NCBI GenBank assembly: GCA_963664705.1
Contig: OY761556.1
Span: 2,272,001-2,336,000 of the forward strand
Direction: 5' to 3'
Origin: Acidobacteriota bacterium
Lineage (GTDB): Bacteria; Acidobacteriota; UBA6911
DNA length: 64,000 nucleotides
Shown here piece by piece: positions 1 to 8,866 of the stretch (position 1 is the first letter of the stretch; each line of letters opens with the position of its first letter). Made by a program: the position numbers and the translations under genes. The notes under the pieces are model-generated. The model ran no database searches. It worked only from the letters and a program-made list of their open reading frames with translations, and was not told where the DNA came from.

Positions 1-976
1 CCATCAACTCACGAATGGCCTCTTGAGGGGAGATCATCCCTCCCAGTATTCGGTGCACCTGCTGCGTTATTGGCATCTCGACTCCATGCTTCCGGGCGAG
101 AGCCACAGTAGCCCCTGTTGTCTTTACTCCTTCGGCCACCATCCGCATGGATCCGATGATCTCCGGAAGCGCACGGCCTTTGCCCAATTCTATCCCGACA
201 CTGCGATTGCGGCTCAGATTGCCCGTGCAGGTCAGTACGAGGTCACCCATGCCGGCCAGCCCGGCGAGAGTTTCACCACGCGCCCCGCAGGCAATTGCCA
301 GCCGTGCCATTTCCGCCAGGCCCCTTGTTATCAGTGCCGCCATCGGATTATGGCCCAGGCCAAGCCCCTCGATGACACCGGCGGCAATCGCAATGACATT
401 CTTTACTGCGCCTCCGATTTCAACGCCGACCACATCGGTAGAGGTATATATCCTCAGGGCGCCGGAGGAAAATTCTTCCTGTACAATCTGGGCTAAGTCC
501 TCATTATCCGAGGCCACAACCACAGCCGTTGGATCCCCGCGCACCACTTCCCGCGCAAAGCTCGGTCCCGAAAGAACCGTCAGACGCGGAGTGAAATGGG
601 GTTCAGTGACATCCCGGATTACCTCGCTCATCCGCATCAAGCGGTCTACATCCAGGCCCTTCGTGGCGCTTACCAGAATCATCTCCGGCCGGAGGTGGGG
701 AAGCATCTGTTCGTAGATGGACCGGCAGACATGCGAGGGTACTACATTTACCGCAAACTGTGCCCCATCGAGCGCCTCGGCAATAAGATTGGTAGCAAGG
801 ATGCGGTCGGAGAGAATGATGCCGGGCAAAAACAGCCGGTTTTCGCGATGAGCCTGGATGCTCTCCGCAACCGATTTTTCATAGGCCCAGAGCTTGACGG
901 AATGCCCGGCTCCCGCCAGGGAAATGGCCAGGGCCGTTCCCCAACTTCCTGCACCTATAACGGAAATGGATGACAT
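1..976 (-). CDS. gpsA: NAD(P)H-dependent glycerol-3-phosphate dehydrogenase, 3' end runs off the window
   Basis: Absent from the ORF track because there is no stop in the window. Manual minus-strand translation from ATG 976 gives MSSISVIGAGSWGTALAISLAGAGHSVKLWAYE...RENRLFLPG and ends ...MVAEGVKTT...HGVEMPITQQVHRIL, a Rossmann GAGSWGTA motif plus the GpsA C-terminus. Confidence 0.93.
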   Translation of the reverse strand, partial: MSSISVIGAGSWGTALAISLAGAGHSVKLWAYEKSVAESIQAHRENRLFLPGIILSDRILATNLIAEALDGAQFAVNVVPSHVCRSIYEQMLPHLRPEMILVSATKGLDVDRLMRMSEVIRDVTEPHFTPRLTVLSGPSFAREVVRGDPTAVVVASDNEDLAQIVQEEFSSGALRIYTSTDVVGVEIGGAVKNVIAIAAGVIEGLGLGHNPMAALITRGLAEMARLAIACGARGETLAGLAGMGDLVLTCTGNLSRNRSVGIELGKGRALPEIIGSMRMVAEGVKTTGATVALARKHGVEMPITQQVHRILGGMISPQEAIRELM

Positions 977-1027
977 ATAGAAGGCACTAAATCAGAAAAA
1001 AACAGGAGCCTGCAGGAGCGATCAGTT

Positions 1028-1185
1028 AGTAGCCGGGGGTAAAGTGTAGCGAAGCTCCCGATTGGATATTAGACTAATAACAAGTCCCGTGGGGGCAGCA
1101 GAACACCAATCTTTCTCCTAAACTTCGGGGCTCTTTCTCTCGCTCATCTCTACCGGGGGTTTGCTGCGCTTCACCCCCGGCTACT
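1028..1185. repeat. REP/REPIN-like imperfect inverted repeat pair
   Basis: Arm 1028-1060 AGTAGCCGGGGGTAAAGTGTAGCGAAGCTCCCG vs reverse complement of arm 1154-1185 AGTAGCCGGGGGTGAAGCGCAGCAAACCCCCG. A GTAG tetranucleotide sits at the foot of each arm. Confidence 0.75.
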
Positions 1186-1298
1186 CGCTTTCGGCCCTCC
1201 GGGCCTGTTGCTTTACTCGCGTCGCAGGACATAGAACAAATAAAGCAAGTGCTTCGGCGACGCTCCAGTGAACACCCTGCAATTCCCCAAAACCGTTG

Positions 1299-3011
1299 CT
1301 ACTTCTGCTCCGGAGGGAATACGCTTATTTCCACGCGTCGGTTGAGCGCCTGGTTATTCGGATCGTTCGGATCCGCCGGAGATTCCCACCCTTTGCCCTG
1401 AATACTGAATTTGTTCGGATCGAATTTGAATTTTTCGACCAGCGCCCGCTTGATAGCTTCGGCGCGCGCCTGGCTCAATTCACGCACAGCCTGGATTGGG
1501 ACACGTCCCTTCATGCTGGAATCCGTATGCCCTTCAATCAGAATCACTGCGCGGGCGAACTGTCCCGACAGCCTCGCAACCTGTTCGAGGGTTGCATCCA
1601 CGTTCGGATCATACAATTTCCCGGAAACTACGCTCCCATATTCATCCCTGGCCGGCTCATAGGGATTGGCCGAGTTGGGATAAAAATTGATCCGGATAGT
1701 CTGGGTAAGAATCGGAGATTCAGCCGGCATCTTCCGGAAGTTCGAGGGTGTAAACGCCGCAATGCTCTCATCCTTCTGATGAGCAAAGGTTCCCTTCTGC
1801 TGCAGCTTCTGAACAAAGGTAAAGTCCATGACCTGGTCGAACGGAATAGGCGCATTGATACGGCCAAGTTCACGGTAGATATAGCTCGCATTTTTCCATG
1901 TACGTTCGAAGTTGGTCGGATTGGATGAATTCAGAAAGAACTGAACATTCTCGGCAAAGTTGGTCGGGTGCGCGTCATTGCGCATGGACATCACTTCTTC
2001 CTGCTTCATGCCGAAAGCATCGGCCATCCATTTGGCGGCCTGGTCAGGGTTCTGCTTTACAAAATCCATCCCATCAAAGATCCCTGCAACCAAACCATCC
2101 ACAATCTCCGGATGATCTCTCGAGAAGTCCGCGCGCACGGCATAGACATCCGCAATCAACTTGTTTGCATCGCTGGTACTCGACAACACTTTCGTTCCGG
2201 CCACGCGTTCCGGAATTTTATAGATATCCGGCGCCCACGACACACAGGCATCCACTTTCTTATCCGCAACGAAGGCGGCCGCGGCTTCAAATGCCGTAGC
2301 CGTGTATTTCACCTTGATATCCGATGGCCGGAGGCCTGCGGACAGAAGCAGCGATGTCAGGTAGTATTCGCTGGGAGAATTCTGCGCCAGGGCCACTGTT
2401 TTGTTGCGGAGATCCGCGACAGACTTGATCGAATTTCGGACTACAATGCCGTCACCGCCGCTGGACCAGTCAATCTGCTGCGCAATTCTTGGGGATGTGC
2501 GCGAATCCTTGATCAGTTCCGGAGCCAGCAAGACCATCATATCGGCTGTGCCCCAGAGCGTGTGGACCTGGCCTGCCGCAAATGCATCTCGGGCAGCCAC
2601 CGGATCATCCATCAACACCATCTCGACCCGGAAGCCATACTTCTTGGCAAATACGCTGTCCGCATTCGGTTTGGTGCCATGATTGGCAGCAATCACCGGA
2701 AGCCATCCGGCCCAGACGTTATAGCTGAACTTCAGGATTTTCTCTTTTTCATCCCAACGATACTGGCTGACGCCCTTTACTGCGGGCAGTCTGTCGGCCG
2801 GCACATACTTATATTCTTTGACGGTTGTAACGCCGGCGGTATCCGGAGCTTCCGTTTCCACGGTTTGGGCATCCTTGTCACCACCCGAGAGGATCTTGCC
2901 ACCCGGGCTTCGCTTCATGACAATAAAGATGCCGAATCCGATCAGACCGAGTATCAAAACAATAGAAATCAGTTTTCCCAACGGCGTGAGTCTAGCAGGC
3001 TGATCAGCCAT
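1299..3011 (-). CDS. Membrane-anchored NMT1/SsuA-type ABC substrate-binding protein fused to a C-terminal OmpA-like peptidoglycan-binding domain
   Basis: N-terminal TM helix (LISIVLILGLIGFGIFIVM), PBP-II motifs (WAGWLP, DWSSGGDGIV, VSWAPD), and OmpA motifs (IEGHTDS, LSQARAEAIK, NRRVEI). Confidence 0.85.
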   Translation of the reverse strand: MADQPARLTPLGKLISIVLILGLIGFGIFIVMKRSPGGKILSGGDKDAQTVETEAPDTAGVTTVKEYKYVPADRLPAVKGVSQYRWDEKEKILKFSYNVWAGWLPVIAANHGTKPNADSVFAKKYGFRVEMVLMDDPVAARDAFAAGQVHTLWGTADMMVLLAPELIKDSRTSPRIAQQIDWSSGGDGIVVRNSIKSVADLRNKTVALAQNSPSEYYLTSLLLSAGLRPSDIKVKYTATAFEAAAAFVADKKVDACVSWAPDIYKIPERVAGTKVLSSTSDANKLIADVYAVRADFSRDHPEIVDGLVAGIFDGMDFVKQNPDQAAKWMADAFGMKQEEVMSMRNDAHPTNFAENVQFFLNSSNPTNFERTWKNASYIYRELGRINAPIPFDQVMDFTFVQKLQQKGTFAHQKDESIAAFTPSNFRKMPAESPILTQTIRINFYPNSANPYEPARDEYGSVVSGKLYDPNVDATLEQVARLSGQFARAVILIEGHTDSSMKGRVPIQAVRELSQARAEAIKRALVEKFKFDPNKFSIQGKGWESPADPNDPNNQALNRRVEISVFPPEQK

Positions 3012-3026
3012 ATATCCCCCATTTCA

Positions 3027-3059
3027 AATGACGAATGACGAATGACGAATGACGAATGA
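3027..3059. repeat. Heptamer tandem repeat (AATGACG)x4 plus a partial copy
   Basis: Read directly between the pspA-like gene and the SBP-OmpA gene; related arrays occur near 14980-15001 and 52716-52747. Confidence 0.9.
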
Positions 3060-3086
3060 ACGGCATTAACCTCTACTCGTAATTCG

Positions 3087-3824
3087 TTATTGCTTTGGTC
3101 CGATTTCCTTTGAAGCAGCGGGTGTATCCGTCGAAGCGGGAGCCTGGATTCCCTGGCTTGCCAGGAAATCCGCGAGCGCTGCCTGTTCCAAAGCCTTGCG
3201 CTCGTTCTCCTTTTCAACGACAGCATCCATGTTTACCATATCCTTGGCAACGCGGGCTTTGCCGGCGGACTTCTCATAGCGCTTTGCCAGGATGTCTTCG
3301 ACCGTCTTCATGGTATCGCCCAAGTCGCCGACTTTGAATGCCGCGCTGCCGAGGGCGGCGGCCGCTTCCGCTTGTGCTTCCTTGATCTGAACCTGCGAAA
3401 GCTGTTTCTCCAGCTTCTGCACTTTTTCTTCAAATTCCTTTTGCGCCACTTTGGCCTGGCGCAGATTTCCCTGATAGGCTTCCTCGGTTTCCGCCAGTTC
3501 CTGAGTATCGATGGCGAGGTCGGCCTTCAGCTCCTGCAGCTCCCTGGCCAGGCTGCCCGCAAGATCCATATTTCCGGCATGATGGTTGGCAATGATGCGT
3601 CGTTCGAGATCCTGGGCTCGAATGGTTTTGGCCTTGACCTGGGTTTTCAGCCGTTCCGCAATCCCGGCCATGCGGGCGAGCGCAGTATTGTATTGCACCA
3701 TTTTATCCCGGAATTCCTGGCGCGCGGCCTCCATGAGCGCTTCGGGATTCCGCTCTTCAATGCCGCTGACGAAAAGTCCCAAAAGACCTCGAAAAAGCCT
3801 TCCCAAACGAGCAAATACCGCCAT
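3087..3824 (-). CDS. PspA/IM30 (Vipp1, ESCRT-III-like) family protein
   Basis: Amphipathic N-terminal helix MAVFARLGRLFRGLLGLFVSGIEERNPEALM (E-x-x-N/D-P-E motif), a long coiled coil, G-x-x-D-L-A motif, 245 aa. Confidence 0.85.
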   Translation of the reverse strand: MAVFARLGRLFRGLLGLFVSGIEERNPEALMEAARQEFRDKMVQYNTALARMAGIAERLKTQVKAKTIRAQDLERRIIANHHAGNMDLAGSLARELQELKADLAIDTQELAETEEAYQGNLRQAKVAQKEFEEKVQKLEKQLSQVQIKEAQAEAAAALGSAAFKVGDLGDTMKTVEDILAKRYEKSAGKARVAKDMVNMDAVVEKENERKALEQAALADFLASQGIQAPASTDTPAASKEIGPKQ

Positions 3825-3930
3825 ATCCCACCCCTTTCCGGGATCAACCCCAATAATACGAATTACAGTATGGTTTTGTTCTCACAGTCCCACCGGCACG
3901 CCGTGGACAGACGGCGCTTCCGGCCATCCT

Positions 3931-4575
3931 TCATTCCTCTTCATCCGTCGTAACAACCGGATGATCCACTATATAGCCGGCTGAGGATGCCATGACGCGC
4001 TCCTGCGATCGCTTCATCCGCTTCCACTCACGCCATTTCCTGCTGTCCGCATCCAGGCTTGTCTCGATCTGGGTTTTCTCCTGGCGGAGACTGGCGATCT
4101 GGGCATCGATTTCGGCCATCCGCTTGCCGCAGGCCTGATTCCTGGCCTGCATTTTGTCAGCCACGCGAGCCTCGAAAGCATCCAGAGCCTGATCCCGGGC
4201 GATGGCGTCCCGAATCAGCGCTTCGGTCGACACTCCTTTGGCCTGCAGGCGATCCAGCACCGCCTTTTGAATGTCTTCTCGCGATTTCGCTTTTTCAGAC
4301 TCCTCGGCAACCATCAATCCCAGTTTTTCGATTGTCCAGTCGTCCGGTTTCCCGGATATACCCGCGGCGGTATAGATCTCTTCCAATGGAATCGAAAGCT
4401 CCGATGGAGTATCGGCCAGGGCCTGAATGTCGCCCGATCGGATTTCGCCGGCCAACTCACGAAGTTTTACCGTTCTGGTCTGAATTCGCCTGGCTGGAGT
4501 GGATTCGGAAGATGCCACCGATTCCAGAATTCCCAGTTTATCGCCAATTCCCTGCAATAGCTTGATAAAGGACAT
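3931..4575 (-). CDS. Hypothetical helical/coiled-coil protein
   Basis: 214 aa, abuts the AAA ATPase stop. Amphipathic N-terminus (MSFIKLLQGIGDKLGIL), DAIARDQALDAFE motif and a C-terminal coiled coil. Confidence 0.75.
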   Translation of the reverse strand: MSFIKLLQGIGDKLGILESVASSESTPARRIQTRTVKLRELAGEIRSGDIQALADTPSELSIPLEEIYTAAGISGKPDDWTIEKLGLMVAEESEKAKSREDIQKAVLDRLQAKGVSTEALIRDAIARDQALDAFEARVADKMQARNQACGKRMAEIDAQIASLRQEKTQIETSLDADSRKWREWKRMKRSQERVMASSAGYIVDHPVVTTDEEE

Positions 4576-6297
4576 CTATACAAATCTCCGCAGATCTTCG
4601 ATTCTTTTATCCAGTTCTTCCGGTGATATGGTGCGAAATCGCTCCGGAAGGAACCGGGCATCCGTGCATTCCTTGACGGCCACCAGATCCATATACTCCA
4701 GCTTGAGCTTGTGCGCGCTCGGACGAATTTCCGTCAATACATCCTTTAGTATTTCCAGAAACGGCTTCGGTGCCGATGCCAGCGCCTGCACTCGCAGAGC
4801 CCGCACCAGAATGCCCTCGATTTCGTTTCCGCCCAGTTCAAGGCCCTGCGGAATCGGAGGAATATCCGATGCGGTCAATTCCACTTTCAGTTTTCGCGCG
4901 ATAGAGAGGAACAGGCTGTTGATTTCATCCTGTGTTTCCGGTGGAAACAACGGGATGTGCACATCCAGTCGTCCCTGCCGTTTCAGATCTACCTCCAGCA
5001 GGTCAGGGCGCGACGTCGCAAACACCCAGATGATCCGTCCCCGGTTGCGCGTGTCGGACATTTCCTTGGCCAGCATTGCATAGACGCGGCCGGAGAGACC
5101 TCCATCCCCATCCCGTCCTTCACGTTTCCCGGCAGCTTGATCCGCTTCATCGACAAACACGACCACCTGCCCCAGGGCGTGCAGAATCGAAAATATCTTC
5201 TCCAGGTTCGATTCCGTAGCCCCGACCCATCGGTCACGAAAATTCTTGAATATGACGCAGGGGATCCCCAATTCTCCCGCCCAGCACTGAATCAGGAATG
5301 TCTTACCGGTCCCGATTCGTCCGGTGATCAGATAGCCCATCGGCAACGCGGAAAAGGCTCCGCGCTTCATCAGCGTAGCATCTTCTCTGAGCCAATTCTT
5401 GACCGCATCCGCGCCCGACAGGTTTTCCAGACCGAATGGAGATTCAAGAAACTCCAGCAAGCCCTGGCATTCCTTTTCAATGCGTTCCTTCTTCATTCGG
5501 GTCAGCCAGGCTTGGGTGATGGATTGGCCGTTTCTGAGCGCCCTTGCGAGAACTGTATGAGCACCGACACGGCTGAGCCCTGTCATACGGCGGCCAAGGA
5601 CTGGCAGCGGCAACTCGGATTTTGAGGCCAGTTCCGGCAGGACGCCCGATCCCAGCGCCTGGACATAATCCGCCATCTCCTGTTCTCCGGGCAGCGGAAT
5701 ATTCAGAGCGGCAGCATGCGGATTTTCCACGGCAAGGCTATTCAGATCGTGCAATCCCTCCGCAATCAGAACCGTCACGATATCGGAGCGAAGGATTGCC
5801 GGATCATTCGCCCACCCCAATACCTTCACGACATTGGAACTGAACGCGCCGCCCAGTTGCAGCGCATCGCCCCGCGGGATCACGAACTCGGCGAAATCAA
5901 TAATGACGGCTATTTTGCGCGGAGTATATTCATTCCCCCTCAAGGATTGCAGATTCAGACTGCGGAGGAGATAGCGATCAATCAGCTCCATCGCCGCTCC
6001 AGGCTCGCGAAGCTGTATCATGCTCGAAGCCTGATCGCCCAGCGCCATGCGAAGCCAGTCACCCCAATCTTCCGCCCCTCGCGTCGCCCGGATTCCCTTG
6101 CCGCGATCGTAGTGCAGAATGACCTCATACTTTTCGAACATGACGTCGTCGAGAAAAGTGCCGAGCGGCAACAGCCTGGGCTCCGGAATTCCAGGAGTTG
6201 GGATTACATCGAAAACATTCCCATGCAAAAGGAACTGGGATACAGATCCGGATTTGAACAGGTCCCGCATCTCCTCAGCCCATGCCGGCAATTCCAT
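4576..6297 (-). CDS. AAA+ ATPase (degenerate N-terminal AAA-like region plus active classical AAA domain)
   Basis: Walker A GRIGTGKT, pore loop RWVGATE, Walker B VVFVDEAD, sensor-1/SRH FATSRPDLLEVDLKRQGRLD. The N-terminal half retains VIIDFAE. Confidence 0.9.
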   Translation of the reverse strand: MELPAWAEEMRDLFKSGSVSQFLLHGNVFDVIPTPGIPEPRLLPLGTFLDDVMFEKYEVILHYDRGKGIRATRGAEDWGDWLRMALGDQASSMIQLREPGAAMELIDRYLLRSLNLQSLRGNEYTPRKIAVIIDFAEFVIPRGDALQLGGAFSSNVVKVLGWANDPAILRSDIVTVLIAEGLHDLNSLAVENPHAAALNIPLPGEQEMADYVQALGSGVLPELASKSELPLPVLGRRMTGLSRVGAHTVLARALRNGQSITQAWLTRMKKERIEKECQGLLEFLESPFGLENLSGADAVKNWLREDATLMKRGAFSALPMGYLITGRIGTGKTFLIQCWAGELGIPCVIFKNFRDRWVGATESNLEKIFSILHALGQVVVFVDEADQAAGKREGRDGDGGLSGRVYAMLAKEMSDTRNRGRIIWVFATSRPDLLEVDLKRQGRLDVHIPLFPPETQDEINSLFLSIARKLKVELTASDIPPIPQGLELGGNEIEGILVRALRVQALASAPKPFLEILKDVLTEIRPSAHKLKLEYMDLVAVKECTDARFLPERFRTISPEELDKRIEDLRRFV

Positions 6298-6349
6298 GAA
6301 TAGCTCCTCATCTCCCGATGATTGCGGTTGCTTCCTGAATGGTGTCTCG

Positions 6350-7195
6350 TTACTCGTCGATCGTCAACTTCACCGCGGGCGGTTCGGACATCAAGTCCTC
6401 AACGGCGCCATAAATCTTTTGCTGATCGGTTACCCACTGGGATGTGCTGCCCAGAGTGGTGGTGATCTGATCCACCCGCTGCGAAATGGTCACCGGATCA
6501 GCTGTCAGCACAGCCTGCTCCCTGACAAGCTCAATCTGCTCCTGGATGCGCGTGAGTTCTGCATCGAGGAAATCCAGCTTCTCCTTAGCCTCCCGGCGGC
6601 GCACCAGGCGCTGTTCCAGGATTTCGACCTGTCCGGAATAGCTTTTTCGCAGGTCTTCGGTCAGCTGCTCACTCAACTTGCCTTTCAGCTGAGTAATCCG
6701 CTCCTCCAGATCCTGGGCTGCGTCCAGGGATCCTTGCCCCAGGAGCATTCGATTGATGGCCTGGCGTGTCGACAGCAGCCGCAAATAGAGCCACAGCAGC
6801 CGCCCTAACCCCTCATTCTGAGCCTGCAGCGCCTGGGTTGGAGCCGTTTGCAGCTGCAGTTGTTGATCCAGCAGTGAACGGCAGCGCCCCTCCAGCTTCC
6901 GGTACCGCTGCTGGTCTTCGCTATTCAGCTGCTGCACGAGGAGATCCACTTTCGATTGCCATTGCTTACGCGTCGACACCTGCTGCGACGCCCCGACGAA
7001 CCGTTGAAACCGCTCGTTGTTTCCGAGCACCCAGAGGTAGCCCAATTCCAATCCCAGCCCGACAAGCCAGAACCCGGGATTGAGAATCCCCAGCATGCCG
7101 AATACGCCAAGACCGATCCAGTTGGGCGGAATAAACATGCCGATGGGTCGGGCGTTGAAGGCTTTGCGAATATAGTCCCAGGGGCTGGGATTCAC
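6350..7195 (-). CDS. Hypothetical membrane-anchored coiled-coil protein
   Basis: GTG start with AGGAG RBS. Two N-terminal hydrophobic segments followed by a long Gln/Leu/Glu-rich helical region. Confidence 0.78.
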   Translation of the reverse strand: MNPSPWDYIRKAFNARPIGMFIPPNWIGLGVFGMLGILNPGFWLVGLGLELGYLWVLGNNERFQRFVGASQQVSTRKQWQSKVDLLVQQLNSEDQQRYRKLEGRCRSLLDQQLQLQTAPTQALQAQNEGLGRLLWLYLRLLSTRQAINRMLLGQGSLDAAQDLEERITQLKGKLSEQLTEDLRKSYSGQVEILEQRLVRRREAKEKLDFLDAELTRIQEQIELVREQAVLTADPVTISQRVDQITTTLGSTSQWVTDQQKIYGAVEDLMSEPPAVKLTIDE

Positions 7196-7226
7196 GGTAC
7201 ACTCCTTTTATTTCTTTCGACCGGGA

Positions 7227-8045
7227 TCAAGGCGCGGTTGCCTGCTCCGAAACGCGTCGAAAAGCCTCAGTAACGACATAGACAGCATTTTTAAACTCAG
7301 ACCGCTCCTGTGCAACCAGGGGTGGAACTCCAATCGTATTCGGAATGGTATCGCTGATATCATAGGCGATTTGCCCCGGAGCATGGGTAAAAATCCAAAC
7401 GCGCTCCCCCAGGTAAACCGCTTCGGTAACATTGTGGGTCACACAGAGGATGGTGGGTTTGATGCGATGCCAGAGCTGCACGATCAGTTCCTGCATTTCC
7501 ATGCGAGTGGGTTCATCCAGCGCTGAAAAGGGCTCATCCATCAGCAGGATCTGAGGTTCCATTACCAGCGATCGGGCAATCGCGACGCGCTGCTGTTGTC
7601 CGCCCGATAGCTGATGCGGGTATTTTTTCATGTGCTGCACCAACTCCACCTGCTCCAGAATAGCCTCCGCGCGTTTTCGCCGCGCCTCACGACTTCCCTC
7701 TTCCCCATTGATTTCCAGACCGAACATCACATTCTCCAATACCGTCAGATGGGGAAATGAGCTGTACTGCTGAAATATCATCCCGCGGTCGCGGCCGGGA
7801 TCCGTCACCGGTTTGCCTTTAACCAGCACTTCACCCTCGGTAGGTTTCAGGAATCCTGTAACAAGATTCAGGAGCGTGCTTTTCCCGCAGCCTGATGGGC
7901 CGATGATTGTGATGAACTCGCCGTGCCCGGGGGTGTCCATGACGCGAAAGGAGATGTCGGTAATGGCGGTAAATGTGCCAAACCGAACACTCACATTGCG
8001 AAACTCAACGATCGGCGCTGCCTGTGAAGCATTGGTGTTGTTCAA
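7227..8045 (-). CDS. ABC transporter ATP-binding protein, NitT/TauB/SsuB family
   Basis: GPSGCGKST, LSGGQQQR, LLMDEPFSALD, VTHN. Start placed at TTG 8045, which overlaps the permease stop (TTGA). Confidence 0.92.
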   Translation of the reverse strand: MNNTNASQAAPIVEFRNVSVRFGTFTAITDISFRVMDTPGHGEFITIIGPSGCGKSTLLNLVTGFLKPTEGEVLVKGKPVTDPGRDRGMIFQQYSSFPHLTVLENVMFGLEINGEEGSREARRKRAEAILEQVELVQHMKKYPHQLSGGQQQRVAIARSLVMEPQILLMDEPFSALDEPTRMEMQELIVQLWHRIKPTILCVTHNVTEAVYLGERVWIFTHAPGQIAYDISDTIPNTIGVPPLVAQERSEFKNAVYVVTEAFRRVSEQATAP

Positions 8046-8866
8046 GACCGACTCCGGCGATAGGGGAAAAACAGCGTGCCGAGCCGAGCCCATAGCAGGT
8101 CCGCGACCCAGGCAATCACCGTAATAATAACGATAACAAGATAGACTCTCCCGGACATTGCCCGGCGCCGGGCCGTATCAATCAGGTCTCCCAGCCCGCC
8201 GCTTTTAACCACCACTTCGGCCAGCACCAGATAGGACCAGCCGATGCCGAATGCCAGCCGCATGGAATGCCAGATATCCGGAAGCGCCACCGGGACAAGA
8301 ACTCTCCGGATAAGCTGCCATCGCGTGGCACCCAGCGTATACGCGGTTCGAAGATAGATTTCCGGCACCGAGTCTATAGCCCGAACAATCATCGGAAGGA
8401 GAAAGATACAAAATGCCAGAGCAAGAAAGACAACTTTCTGACTTTCATCCAGGCCGAACCAAGACATTGTCAGCGGCACGAGAGTTGCGATCGGAATATA
8501 GCCGCTCGCGGTAACGACGGGGGCCATTATGGATCGGGCACTGCCAAAGGAACCCATCAGGATCCCGATCGGAAGCGCCACAGCAAGCCCGAGCAGGAAG
8601 CCGAACGCCACGCGACGCAGGCTCAGCCCGACATGGTCGAGCAACCCTCGGTTATCCTGATCGCTCGAAGACAGAAGGTCGCCCAGGCTCTGCACCACTT
8701 CCGATGGGCTGGGAAGAATGGTGGGCCCGAGGATTCGCTCCTCCGGCATTCCCCGGGTGAGCATCCACCAGAAGACGACGAGCAGGATGATAGGGATGAA
8801 TCCCAGCATTATCGAAACAGATGAAGGCACCTGTCCCCGAATTTCCGAAAACCATTTAGGAATCAT
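8042..8866 (-). CDS. ABC transporter permease, NitT/TauC/SsuC family
   Basis: LPSPSEV, SLRRV, EAA-loop equivalent TAYTLGATRWQ, LVLAEVV..GGLG, about 6 TM helices. Confidence 0.92.
   Translation of the reverse strand: MIPKWFSEIRGQVPSSVSIMLGFIPIILLVVFWWMLTRGMPEERILGPTILPSPSEVVQSLGDLLSSSDQDNRGLLDHVGLSLRRVAFGFLLGLAVALPIGILMGSFGSARSIMAPVVTASGYIPIATLVPLTMSWFGLDESQKVVFLALAFCIFLLPMIVRAIDSVPEIYLRTAYTLGATRWQLIRRVLVPVALPDIWHSMRLAFGIGWSYLVLAEVVVKSGGLGDLIDTARRRAMSGRVYLVIVIITVIAWVADLLWARLGTLFFPYRRSRS

Noticed and set aside
23-973. Plus-strand ORFs 23-496, 147-716 and 596-973
   Set aside because: Antisense shadows of gpsA, which is clear on the minus strand.
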